From positions 45,980 to 90,868 of the forward strand of contig JAYOYH010000018.1 in the NCBI GenBank assembly GCA_038153405.1: a DNA stretch of 44,889 bases, written 5' to 3'. Numbering within the stretch: the first letter of the stretch is position 1; each line of letters opens with the position of its first letter. Shown here piece after piece: positions 28,512-37,321 of the stretch. Both the position numbers and the translations under genes were made by a program. Source of the stretch: Gemmatimonadota bacterium. GTDB lineage: Bacteria > Latescibacterota > UBA2968 > UBA8231. Under the pieces are notes generated by a model. The model was not told the DNA's origin. It worked only from the letters and a program-made list of their open reading frames with translations, and searched no databases.

Positions 28512-29054
28512 ATGAAACGCGTCGTTTTTTCTGCTGTGCTATTGGCCTTCATGTCTCTGTCTAATGCTGCATTGGCCGATGTGAAGATTGGTTATATCGA
28601 TTCAGAAGTGCTAAAAGAGCGCCTGCCCGAGTTTCGCGAGGCCCAGCGCAAATTGGACCAGCTGCGCCAAGATTATGAAAATCAGGCCAAAGACCGCGAA
28701 GCCAAGCTGATGAAGCTGCAGGACGATTTCCGCAAGCAGGAACTGCTGATGAGCGAGGCGCGCAAGGCGGAGCTACAGGCTGATTTTGAAGAGAAGGTGC
28801 GTCAGCTTCAGGCCTTCACGCAGGAAAAATTTGGTCCGGAGGGCGAGCTGATGCGCAAGAATATCGAGCTTTCCGAACCCATTTTTAAGAAGATTAACGA
28901 CGCCATTAAGGTGCTCGCAGACGAAGATAGCTACGACTATATCTTCGACGCGGCGGCGCCCAGCAGCGGGCTGGTTTTTGCCCAAGAAAAGTACGATCTA
29001 ACGGAGACAGTTTTGGAAGCGTTGGAAAAGCAGCGGACGGAAGAGGGCCAGTAA
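28512..29054 (+). CDS. skp: Periplasmic chaperone Skp/OmpH
   Basis: Start moved to ATG 28512 (RBS GAGGAG); signal peptide; KIGYID, YDYIFD, DLTETVL; downstream of bamA. Confidence 0.9.
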   Translation: MKRVVFSAVLLAFMSLSNAALADVKIGYIDSEVLKERLPEFREAQRKLDQLRQDYENQAKDREAKLMKLQDDFRKQELLMSEARKAELQADFEEKVRQLQAFTQEKFGPEGELMRKNIELSEPIFKKINDAIKVLADEDSYDYIFDAAAPSSGLVFAQEKYDLTETVLEALEKQRTEEGQ

Positions 29055-29513
29055 ATGGCTGATACCGAGGAGTTTGTGCCCCTCGATTTGGCGCAGATCC
29101 AGCAGATTTTACCGCATCGCTATCCCTTTCTTCTCGTCGATCGCATTATTGAAATGGTGCCGGGTGAGCGCGTAGTCGCCATCAAAAACGTGACGGCTAA
29201 CGAACCCTTTTTTCAGGGCCATTTTCCTGGCTATCCTGTAATGCCCGGCGTTCTCATCATAGAAGCATTGGCCCAGGCTGGCTGCGTTATGATGCTACAC
29301 GGGATGGAAGACCGGGCGAATAAAGTGCCGTTTTTTGCCGGTATAGACGGGTGTCGCTTCCGCCGTCCGGTCGTGCCCGGCGACCAGCTACGCCTCGAAC
29401 TAACTGTTTTGCGCCAGCGCGGCATTTCTTGTAAAATGATAGCCAAGGCGTTTGTAGGCGAAGAGCTTGCGGCCGAGGCCGAAATACTGGCCGTCGTCGG
29501 CGAGCGCACATAG
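29055..29513 (+). CDS. fabZ: 3-hydroxyacyl-ACP dehydratase (stand-alone, not LpxC-fused)
   Basis: [51 protein letters not shown]. Confidence 0.97.
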   Translation: MADTEEFVPLDLAQIQQILPHRYPFLLVDRIIEMVPGERVVAIKNVTANEPFFQGHFPGYPVMPGVLIIEALAQAGCVMMLHGMEDRANKVPFFAGIDGCRFRRPVVPGDQLRLELTVLRQRGISCKMIAKAFVGEELAAEAEILAVVGERT

Positions 29514-29706
29514 GCGGTTTTAGCTCTCCATATAGATCGCATTTACATCCAACGGATGCTTTATGCATCGTGTTCCCGATTTTTTTTTGGGGCGCACGGC
29601 TGCATAAAACAGCCTATCTCAATGACTTGCACAACGTCGATGCAATCGTTTGTAGCAGTCTACGATTTGCATTGTTCAGTTCAAGTTTTCCACAGGATAG
29701 GATCGG

Positions 29707-31587
29707 ATGACTTCAATGGAAAACCCCCATATCCGCACGTTGTTTGCCCAATCACCGCTCCCAATGTGGCTGTGCGACGCCGATTCGCAACAAGTCGTCG
29801 ACGTCAACAACGCCATGCTGCAGTTACTCGACTGTAGTCGAGAAGAGTTCTTTGCTCTTCCTTCAGATCAAATAGAGCGCTTGACCAACATGTCTGGAAT
29901 AGAAGATATGGATGAAGTCTGGCTCGAGTTAGAAGAGAAAGGATCTGTAGTCCGCTTGGTTAACTGTCTGACTCGCCAGGATCAAGAGGCGCGGTTCAGA
30001 ATTACGAGTACGCTGGTTGAAGACCCTCCTGGTCTCCGCCTAGTGTGGTGCCAAGCCGAACGGCTATTGAGCAATTTATCCGAGCGTTTTTCCCATTGGT
30101 TTGAAGATCTAGAAACCAATGTGTTCTTCTATCGCCACACGGTTGCTGATGGTCGGCTGATGGATCTGAGCGATTCGTTTGAAAAGATACTTGGCGTACC
30201 TTGCGAAGAGGCGATCGGTCAACCGTGGGCTACTCTTGTTGAGTGGGATTTACAAACCATGGCCATTGCCGCCGAGAAACTAGCCGCTTTGCGTCCCGGT
30301 CTGAGCGATCAGATGGATATGGACTTTATTCATCCGAATGGTACGCAGCGCACTATCAAGGTTGTCGCGCATATGTTTGTCGATGAGGAAGGGCGCACGT
30401 GCATAGATGGTTTGGCAGAAGATATTACGGCGCGCAAAGAAATGGAAAAAGAATTGCGTGAGGCGCATGCAGAGGCCGAGCGCGCCAACCGCGCCAAATC
30501 GGCCTTTATCGCGCAGGTTAGCCATGAACTGCGCACGCCGCTCAATGCGATTATGAGTTTTAGCCAGCTCTTACAGATTGAAAACCTTGCCCCCGAACAC
30601 AGCGCCCTATTGCAGGATATCCGCTATTCGAGCGACCACCTGATGCAGCTAATCAATGATCTCCTCGATATACAGCAAATCGAATTGGGTAAAGTCGAGC
30701 TTGAAATAGAGCCTGTAGAACTGGTTGGATTGGTAGGCGGAGCCCTGCGTATGGTCGCACCTGCAACTTCGAAAAACAATGTGAAGATTGAGAATTTCGC
30801 ACTTGAAAGCCTTTGGGTCCAGGGCGATCGCCGGCGCGTCCAGCAGGTGCTGATCAACCTATTGTCCAACGCAGTCAAATACAATCGAGAAAATGGGCGC
30901 GTGCAGGTTGCAGCAGAAAAAATGCAAGGCGATATGCTGCGCATATCTGTATCGGACACGGGTTTGGGTATCTCCGAAGCCAATCAGACGCGACTTTTCG
31001 AGCCGTTTGAGCGTCTAGGCGCCGACAAGACACCTATTGAAGGAATGGGATTGGGTCTGGCAATTACAAAGCAACTCGTCGAGCTGATGCATGGAAAAAT
31101 AGGTGTGATCAGCAAGGAGGGCGAGGGGTCGACATTTTGGTTTGAGCTACCCGTATTGGAAGAGGGAGGCGATGTGAAGGTCTCAGGGCAAAGCGCTTCC
31201 GCTATAAACCTGAGTAACGCGCGCGTCGTCTACATAGAAGACAACCAAATCAATGCGAAAATTGTCGAGCATATATTGATGCGCTACTTTGCCATACGAG
31301 CGAAGATCGCCTCCTCGGCGCACGAAGGTTTAGAACAAATTCGGATAGAGCGTCCGAATCTGGTGGTGGTCGACATTGATTTGCCCGATATGAGTGGCTA
31401 TGATGTGCTAGCGGAAATCGCCAATGAGCCGTCGCTAAAAGGCGTGCCTGTCATAGCACTGACCGGCCATTTTGCAGCCAGCGATAGAGAGCGTGGGCTT
31501 CAGGCGGGTTTTGTGGAATACCTAGAGAAGCCGTTGGACATAGAGCTATTCGTAGAGGCGGTGAGCTGCAACCTAATCGACGGGTAG
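29707..31587 (+). CDS. Cytoplasmic hybrid histidine kinase (PAS-PAS-HisKA-HATPase-REC)
   Basis: EDITARKE; SHELRTPL; NLLSNAVKY, DTGLGI, GMGLGL, GEGSTF; receiver IEDN...VDIDLP...KP; no TM segment. Confidence 0.92.
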   Translation: MTSMENPHIRTLFAQSPLPMWLCDADSQQVVDVNNAMLQLLDCSREEFFALPSDQIERLTNMSGIEDMDEVWLELEEKGSVVRLVNCLTRQDQEARFRITSTLVEDPPGLRLVWCQAERLLSNLSERFSHWFEDLETNVFFYRHTVADGRLMDLSDSFEKILGVPCEEAIGQPWATLVEWDLQTMAIAAEKLAALRPGLSDQMDMDFIHPNGTQRTIKVVAHMFVDEEGRTCIDGLAEDITARKEMEKELREAHAEAERANRAKSAFIAQVSHELRTPLNAIMSFSQLLQIENLAPEHSALLQDIRYSSDHLMQLINDLLDIQQIELGKVELEIEPVELVGLVGGALRMVAPATSKNNVKIENFALESLWVQGDRRRVQQVLINLLSNAVKYNRENGRVQVAAEKMQGDMLRISVSDTGLGISEANQTRLFEPFERLGADKTPIEGMGLGLAITKQLVELMHGKIGVISKEGEGSTFWFELPVLEEGGDVKVSGQSASAINLSNARVVYIEDNQINAKIVEHILMRYFAIRAKIASSAHEGLEQIRIERPNLVVVDIDLPDMSGYDVLAEIANEPSLKGVPVIALTGHFAASDRERGLQAGFVEYLEKPLDIELFVEAVSCNLIDG

Positions 31588-31634
31588 GGCTGTGGGCTTG
31601 CCGATATGTTAATGATCGCACGCGTGTCCGGTGG

Positions 31635-31672
31635 CAAACGAGGGGTTCGGCCTTAGCCGAACCCCTCGTTTG
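31635..31672. terminator. Bidirectional terminator between convergent genes
   Basis: 17-bp perfect stem CAAACGAGGGGTTCGGC-CTTA-GCCGAACCCCTCGTTTG. Confidence 0.85.
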
Positions 31673-31692
31673 TTGCGGAACGCTCCCCCGAG

Positions 31693-34600
31693 CTATTTGA
31701 TTAGGGTCATTTTGCGCGTATGGGTGAAGCTGGGCGTAACGAGTCGGTAAAAGTAGATACCGCTGGCGACGCCGATTCCATGCGCATCTAAGCCATCCCA
31801 GGCGATTCGGTAGAATCCCGCCGCCTGTAGCGGATGAGAGACCAGTTTGCGCACTTGTTGCCCCAGAATATCATATACTACGAGCTGGACGGGTGCGTCC
31901 TCGGGCAGCGCGTATTCAATGCTCGTCGATGGGTTGAATGGGTTGGGATAGTTGGTGTGCAGGGCATAAGTTTCGGGGCGCAGCGCGGTGGAATGCAACT
32001 GCACGGCCGAACGCACGCCCAGAGTCGGCGATGCGGTGTAGGCCTCGCGCAAGTCGAGCCCTACGGCGTTTGCGTCGCCTAAGCGCGTGAAGCGCAGTTG
32101 GGCCAATAGGCCCTGTCCCGATACGGTAGATCCATCTGTCAGGCCGTTGCCGACGACGACTTGTCCGGGCTTTTCCCAGAATACGGAAAAGAGGGGCGCA
32201 TTACCGCCCTTGCTGCCCAGCAAATGACCGGGGCCGGGAAGAGCTTCCTCAAAGCGCAGAAGGGTTGGATCGTATTCGATTACCGCGCCAAATGCGCTGA
32301 GGTCTTCCACCTGCTTGCCCCAAAGGCGCACCGTCAGCTGGTTGCTTTCTGAGCGGGTGCCACCGCGCGCCTCGAGAGAAAAAACCGATTTTTCATCGTT
32401 GGCCTGCGGAACTGCCCAGCGCTTGCCGCTCAGGGTCTTGCCGAAGTTGTCGACGAAGATAAAGAAATCGTTGAAGTCTACGCTGCCGCCGCCGTCCAGA
32501 TCGTAGGCTGCCGCCGCGCCCGTCGCGCTCTGGCCAAAAAAGTCGACGAAGAGAAAAAAGTCGTCGAATGTGACGCCGCCGTCGCCGTTAAAGTCGCCAG
32601 CCAGTGCCGATGGGTCGGCGACGACAAACGCTTCCGCTTGGGCAAACTCGCTGGCCAAATCGCCTTCGACCGCGCGCACTCTCCAATAATAGGTCGTGCC
32701 CTCTTCCAGATCGCGATCGATGGTCCATCCCGTTTGGCCGGTCCCTATATCGCCGGATCCATCTACCAAGTCCGATACGGAAGCTGCAGCGGTGGAAAAG
32801 TCCGGTGCCGCGGAGATCTGTATCTCGTAGGTCAGCGTGCCGCCGGCGTTAAATGGGCTCGCGTTGGTAAAGAAGAACGTGGGCCTCAGATAGTCGCCGC
32901 TGCGCCCCAATTCGCTTGGAGCAGATGGTGCCGACGAAGAATTGGGCGTGGCCGATACGGTGTTGGAAGGAGCGCTTTCGTTTGGCGGGTTCTCCGTGTC
33001 GACAGAAGTCACGTAGTACTGATAGGTGGTGTCATTGCCGACATTGGGGTCGGTATAGGTTGTCTTTTGCACGCCGGAGTTGAGCAGGGCAAATGCGCTG
33101 CCCGCCGCGCTGCGATAGACGTTGAAGCCGTTGAGATCGAGGGCGACCTCAGCTTGCCAGGACAGTACGACCTGTCGCGTGCCCTCTGTAGCGCTGAGGC
33201 TTGTAGGTATAGCTGGTGCCGTAGTATCGGCCGTGCTCAGCGTAGTAAACTCGAGGGTATCGCTCTCGGTAGAGGGGTTGCCCGCGCGGTCGGTTGAGCC
33301 AACGATGTAATAGTAGGTCTGGCCCGGCGTCAGGTTGGTCAGCGTGATGGTGTGGTCCGTGACGTCTTCTGTAGCGCCAATATTGAAATTAAAAGCTAGA
33401 CGGTCGGTGCCAAATTCGACGAAGCTATCGGACAATTCGTCGGTAGTCCAGCCGATAATGGCCAGCGAGTCGGAGACGGAAGACTGGATGGAGGATATAA
33501 CGGGCGAACTCAGGTCCGGTGTCGCATCGGTAGTGAACGATAGCGTATCGCTTTTGGTCGGGCCGTTATTGCTCAAGTCAGACGAAGCGACCACATAGTA
33601 ATACGTCTGGTTAGCGCTGAGGTTTGTAAGTGTTACCTCGTGCGTAGTGGCCGATGTGGACAGCGTGCGCACCGTGCCGAGGTTGTTCGTCGTGCCGAAT
33701 TCGACTTCGGCCGTGGACTCCTCGTCGGTGGTCCAGCGCAGGGTTGCACTAGTGTCATTTTTATAGGCGATAGAGGGTGCCGCCGTGATTTCCGGTGCGG
33801 TAATGTCCACCTCTGGATTTGTCGTAAAGGTCGCCGTAGCGCTCTGTGTCGCGCCGTTGCCCGCCGCGTCCGTAGACCCAACCACGTAGCTATAGGTAGA
33901 GCCCGGCTCTAAGTCGCTGAGAACGATTTTGTGCGACGTCTGGTTGTCTCCAGATGTCTCGCTATTGTCGAGACTCGCAGAGCCAAATTGCACGTCGCTA
34001 TCGGCGGGTTCGTCTGTCGTCCATTCGATAACGGCCGAGTCGTGTGTTTGCGAGGTGACAGAGGGGCCGGATAGGATAACGGGAAACTGCGTATCGGCCG
34101 TGGCATCCGTGGTAAAACTACCCGACCCACCGGGCGGCTGTAGCACTTTGGCGCGCTTGAGTGCCGATGAGTTGTTGGGGTCGAATGCGACTTTCTTGCC
34201 GTTGGGACCGGTTGCTTCGATTCGGTAGCCGTAGGTCGTGCTGAGATCCAAGCCGCTGACTGTGATGATGTGCTCGCGCGTAAAGCGCGCGCTGCCGTTG
34301 GGGTTGAGGTTGGCGAACTCAAACTCATCGGATGAGCCCAGCGTGGCGTTTGTTCCTACGGAACCGGTGAAGACGCTGCCCGAGGTTGGAATATCCGTCG
34401 ACCAGCGCACGATAGCCACTTTGCCGCGCACGACGACCTGCGGTCCGGAAACGATGACCGGCGCAAGCGTGTCGCTCGATGCAGAAGTGCGGAAGTGGAA
34501 GTCGCGGTTCCATTGCCGGTTGCCGCGCGGGTCGGTGTTGAGCGTATCTACCTCGTTAAAAGCGGTGATGCGGAAGCGGTAACGCGTTGCCGAAGACAGT

Positions 34601-36108
34601 TCGCTAAGGGCAATATCGTGCACCGTCAACAGCTCTCCAGACGAGGAGGTGTCCGTGTAGGCGATGGGGATTTCGCGCAGCGGCGTATCGTCATCTAACG
34701 CGGCGTATTCGAGGCGAATCGACGCTGGCTGGTTGAGCTGTATGCGCAGGCGCGCGCCGTCGGATCCGACCACGTGGAAAGGTGGTCTTGTGAAGCGCAG
34801 GCGCCGGTCTATGGAGCGCGTGTGCAGGAAATCCGGACGCGTTGTCTGCACCTCCTGTTCGGTCATGCCCTCGGCCAAAAAGCTTTCTGCGTTAGTCAGG
34901 CGAGAGCCCACGCTGAAGTTGTAGCGCGTATTGGGCTGCAGGTCGCGAATCTCGACGATATGCACCTGGGTGCCGTCTTCGTCATTGATTATTTCAGCCG
35001 CTGTTCCTTCGCCGCCAGTATTAAAGGTGTAGCGCGTATCGGCCGGTCGGTTGGTAAACCAGCGAATCACTGCAGAAAACGGCGTCGACTGCACTTCGAA
35101 ACGCTCTAAGAAGAGCGGGCGTTTGTCGACGCCCAAGCGCGTTCTGAAAAAACCTTTAAACGGCGGGCTAGGGCGACCGTTGAGGTCATACGAGCGCGCC
35201 GTGAACTCGTACTCCGTTTTGGGCTTGAGATTGCTTGCAATTACCGTGTGGCGGCGGTTGCCTAACGCATCGTCGAGTTTGCGAACGGCATTAATGAAGT
35301 CAGTTGTGATGACAAAGTCCTCAAACCGAGGTAAGGACTGCAGAGCCATCCGTATGCGCTCGTCATCGAGCGTTTCCCGCGGTATGATGCCGCGCTCGAG
35401 TAGGGCCTTGAGTCCGTCGAGCATACGCGGCGTCACGCGCTCGGCCAGTGGGTTGGTAAAGGTGCGCCAAAGCGTGTCGCCGACGGCGCGAACTCGCACG
35501 GTATCCGTAAGGCCCGGGTCTTTGGTGCGCCAGTTTAGGGTGACGACGTCGCGTCCGCTAATGTGTTCTAAATCGAAGATGGCATTGGAGAAAAACTTTA
35601 CCAACTTGATGCCAAATTGGTTGATGCCAAAACGCCGCTCGTCAAAGTCGCTCGAACTGGCACCGACGCGCACCTTGGTTATGGAGAGCATGGCACCCTG
35701 TTCGGAAATGGGGCCTACGATATCGAAATTGATGGTATAGAGTACGCCCGTCCCCGTAGAGGCAGCAGCGGAATTATTTCCGGACACGGCAAATCCCTCG
35801 ATGACGAACCCGTCGTCTCGCGTGACGGGTGCCTTGGGCAAAGCCAGTTGTGGCGGGATAAATGGGCCGGGTGCGATTTGTACGTTGCCTATAATGCGCG
35901 GATCGTAGGCGATCTCAATTTCACTCTGGCGTCCGGCCTCGACAAACTCAACGCCGATGGCCGCTTTTATGCGCTGTCCGACGGAAGGATCGCGAATGTC
36001 GCGCGGATTGAATTGCACCCTGAAGGCTTCATTTGTGCCTGCCCACAGCGGCGAAGCGCTCAGCGCTAGCAGGGTGCAGACGAGCAAACAGCGGCCGTTG
36101 ATGCCCAT
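31693..36108 (-). CDS. Secreted scaffoldin-like protein: signal peptide, N-terminal cohesin-like domain, ~9 FN3 repeats, dockerin-like paired EF-hand, cohesin-like domain, T9SS/FlgD-type CTD
   Basis: Repeated WxTDE...H...L..L...TY.Y; GDFNGDGGVTFDDFF and DLDGGGSVDFNDFF; YDPTLLRF...GQGLLAQLRF; YPNPFNP...SGIYFYRL...RKMTLIK. Confidence 0.82.
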   Translation of the reverse strand: MGINGRCLLVCTLLALSASPLWAGTNEAFRVQFNPRDIRDPSVGQRIKAAIGVEFVEAGRQSEIEIAYDPRIIGNVQIAPGPFIPPQLALPKAPVTRDDGFVIEGFAVSGNNSAAASTGTGVLYTINFDIVGPISEQGAMLSITKVRVGASSSDFDERRFGINQFGIKLVKFFSNAIFDLEHISGRDVVTLNWRTKDPGLTDTVRVRAVGDTLWRTFTNPLAERVTPRMLDGLKALLERGIIPRETLDDERIRMALQSLPRFEDFVITTDFINAVRKLDDALGNRRHTVIASNLKPKTEYEFTARSYDLNGRPSPPFKGFFRTRLGVDKRPLFLERFEVQSTPFSAVIRWFTNRPADTRYTFNTGGEGTAAEIINDEDGTQVHIVEIRDLQPNTRYNFSVGSRLTNAESFLAEGMTEQEVQTTRPDFLHTRSIDRRLRFTRPPFHVVGSDGARLRIQLNQPASIRLEYAALDDDTPLREIPIAYTDTSSSGELLTVHDIALSELSSATRYRFRITAFNEVDTLNTDPRGNRQWNRDFHFRTSASSDTLAPVIVSGPQVVVRGKVAIVRWSTDIPTSGSVFTGSVGTNATLGSSDEFEFANLNPNGSARFTREHIITVSGLDLSTTYGYRIEATGPNGKKVAFDPNNSSALKRAKVLQPPGGSGSFTTDATADTQFPVILSGPSVTSQTHDSAVIEWTTDEPADSDVQFGSASLDNSETSGDNQTSHKIVLSDLEPGSTYSYVVGSTDAAGNGATQSATATFTTNPEVDITAPEITAAPSIAYKNDTSATLRWTTDEESTAEVEFGTTNNLGTVRTLSTSATTHEVTLTNLSANQTYYYVVASSDLSNNGPTKSDTLSFTTDATPDLSSPVISSIQSSVSDSLAIIGWTTDELSDSFVEFGTDRLAFNFNIGATEDVTDHTITLTNLTPGQTYYYIVGSTDRAGNPSTESDTLEFTTLSTADTTAPAIPTSLSATEGTRQVVLSWQAEVALDLNGFNVYRSAAGSAFALLNSGVQKTTYTDPNVGNDTTYQYYVTSVDTENPPNESAPSNTVSATPNSSSAPSAPSELGRSGDYLRPTFFFTNASPFNAGGTLTYEIQISAAPDFSTAAASVSDLVDGSGDIGTGQTGWTIDRDLEEGTTYYWRVRAVEGDLASEFAQAEAFVVADPSALAGDFNGDGGVTFDDFFLFVDFFGQSATGAAAAYDLDGGGSVDFNDFFIFVDNFGKTLSGKRWAVPQANDEKSVFSLEARGGTRSESNQLTVRLWGKQVEDLSAFGAVIEYDPTLLRFEEALPGPGHLLGSKGGNAPLFSVFWEKPGQVVVGNGLTDGSTVSGQGLLAQLRFTRLGDANAVGLDLREAYTASPTLGVRSAVQLHSTALRPETYALHTNYPNPFNPSTSIEYALPEDAPVQLVVYDILGQQVRKLVSHPLQAAGFYRIAWDGLDAHGIGVASGIYFYRLVTPSFTHTRKMTLIK

Positions 36109-36299
36109 GGATCAGCCCTTTCGAAAAGCGTGCGTTATACGCGTCAATTGGAGTTTGCTGTTAAACGGAAAGTGAAGGTTTCACAAATATATAAAAAAAC
36201 TGCGGGCACGTTTTGTGATGCAGATCATATATGGGCAAGTTTTTACTTGCTCAGCCCCATAGAGGCAGTACATTTACCAGCGGAGAAGAGGTAGAGCGA

Positions 36300-36326
36300 A
36301 TGGAATCCGAAAGAACACGCAATTAA
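36300..36326 (+). CDS. Putative pyrB leader peptide MESERTRN
   Basis: ATG 36300 downstream of AGAGG; stop TAA ends 1 nt before the leader hairpin. Confidence 0.3.
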   Translation: MESERTRN

Positions 36327-36327
36327 T

Positions 36328-36355
36328 AGCAGCCCCCTGCGAGGGCTGTTTTTTT
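36328..36355 (+). terminator. Attenuator-like intrinsic terminator in the pyrB leader
   Basis: AGCAGCCC-CCTGCGA-GGGCTGTT followed by a T run, 33 nt before the pyrB ATG; no + strand gene upstream that it could terminate. Confidence 0.7.
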
Positions 36356-36388
36356 ATGTCGACTATCGATGGAGCGGGGGAGTATTAG

Positions 36389-37315
36389 ATGAGCGCGTTG
36401 AGCCATGTAATAGAGGCCCAGCAATTTGATGTGGAGTCGCTGCAGGCCATTTTTGCCACGGCGCGAGAAATGGAGCAGGTCGTGCAGCACTACGGCTCAA
36501 ATATTCTCAACCGGCGCGTTATGGCCACCCTATTTTACGAGCCGAGCACGCGCACGCGACTCTCGTTTGAATCGGCGATGGCTCGTTTGGGCGGAGCGGT
36601 GCTGACCACGGAGAGTGCGCAGGAATTTTCTTCGGCGGCCAAGGGAGAGACGTTGGAGGATACCATACGCGTCGTCGCAGGATATGCTGACGTCATCGTT
36701 CTGCGCCATTTTGAGAGCGGTGCGAGTCGCCGCGCCGCCGATGTGGCCGGCATTCCCGTTATAAACGCCGGCGATGGGGCGGGGCAGCACCCCACGCAGT
36801 CACTGTTGGACATGTATACGATTGACCGCGAAATCGGCCATATCGACACTATTTCCATCGCATTGGTTGGAGACCTTGCCAACGGGCGCACCGTGCGTTC
36901 ATTATGTTACCTATTGGCAAAGTATAAGGATCCCAAAATCTACTTTGTTGCGCCTCCTGTGGTCCGCATGAAAGAGGATATAAAGGAGTACCTGCGCCGC
37001 CACAGCACGCATTTTGAAGAGGTGGAGGATCTGCACGCCGTCGCCCGCGAGGTCGATGTGATATATCAGACGCGCATTCAGCGCGAGCGTTTCGGCGATC
37101 GCATACATGAGTACGAGCAGGCCCGCGGCCGCTATATCATCGATCAGTCGGTGCTCGACTGCATGCGCAAAGACGCCATTGTCATGCATCCGCTGCCGCG
37201 AGTAGACGAGATCGACCCGGCGGTAGATGGCGATCCGCGTGCGGCCTATTTTCGCCAAGCACACAACGGACTCTACGTGCGCATGGCTCTGCTGCGCATG
37301 TTGCTGGCGCCCTGA
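36389..37315 (+). CDS. pyrB: Aspartate carbamoyltransferase catalytic subunit (plant-like type)
   Basis: FYEPSTRTRLSF, KGETLEDT, NAGDG..HPTQ, RIQRER, HPLP. Confidence 0.97.
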   Translation: MSALSHVIEAQQFDVESLQAIFATAREMEQVVQHYGSNILNRRVMATLFYEPSTRTRLSFESAMARLGGAVLTTESAQEFSSAAKGETLEDTIRVVAGYADVIVLRHFESGASRRAADVAGIPVINAGDGAGQHPTQSLLDMYTIDREIGHIDTISIALVGDLANGRTVRSLCYLLAKYKDPKIYFVAPPVVRMKEDIKEYLRRHSTHFEEVEDLHAVAREVDVIYQTRIQRERFGDRIHEYEQARGRYIIDQSVLDCMRKDAIVMHPLPRVDEIDPAVDGDPRAAYFRQAHNGLYVRMALLRMLLAP

Positions 37316-37321
37316 GCATTC

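Noticed and set aside
33200..34100. Repetitive DNA as a CRISPR array or DGR template
   Set aside because: The repeats are in-frame FN3 protein repeats with divergent nucleotides; no cas or reverse-transcriptase gene in the window.
36253..36350. Canonical PyrR-binding site
   Set aside because: Only partial matches to ARUCCNGNGAGGYU and no clear antiterminator; kept only as a caveat in the attenuator finding.
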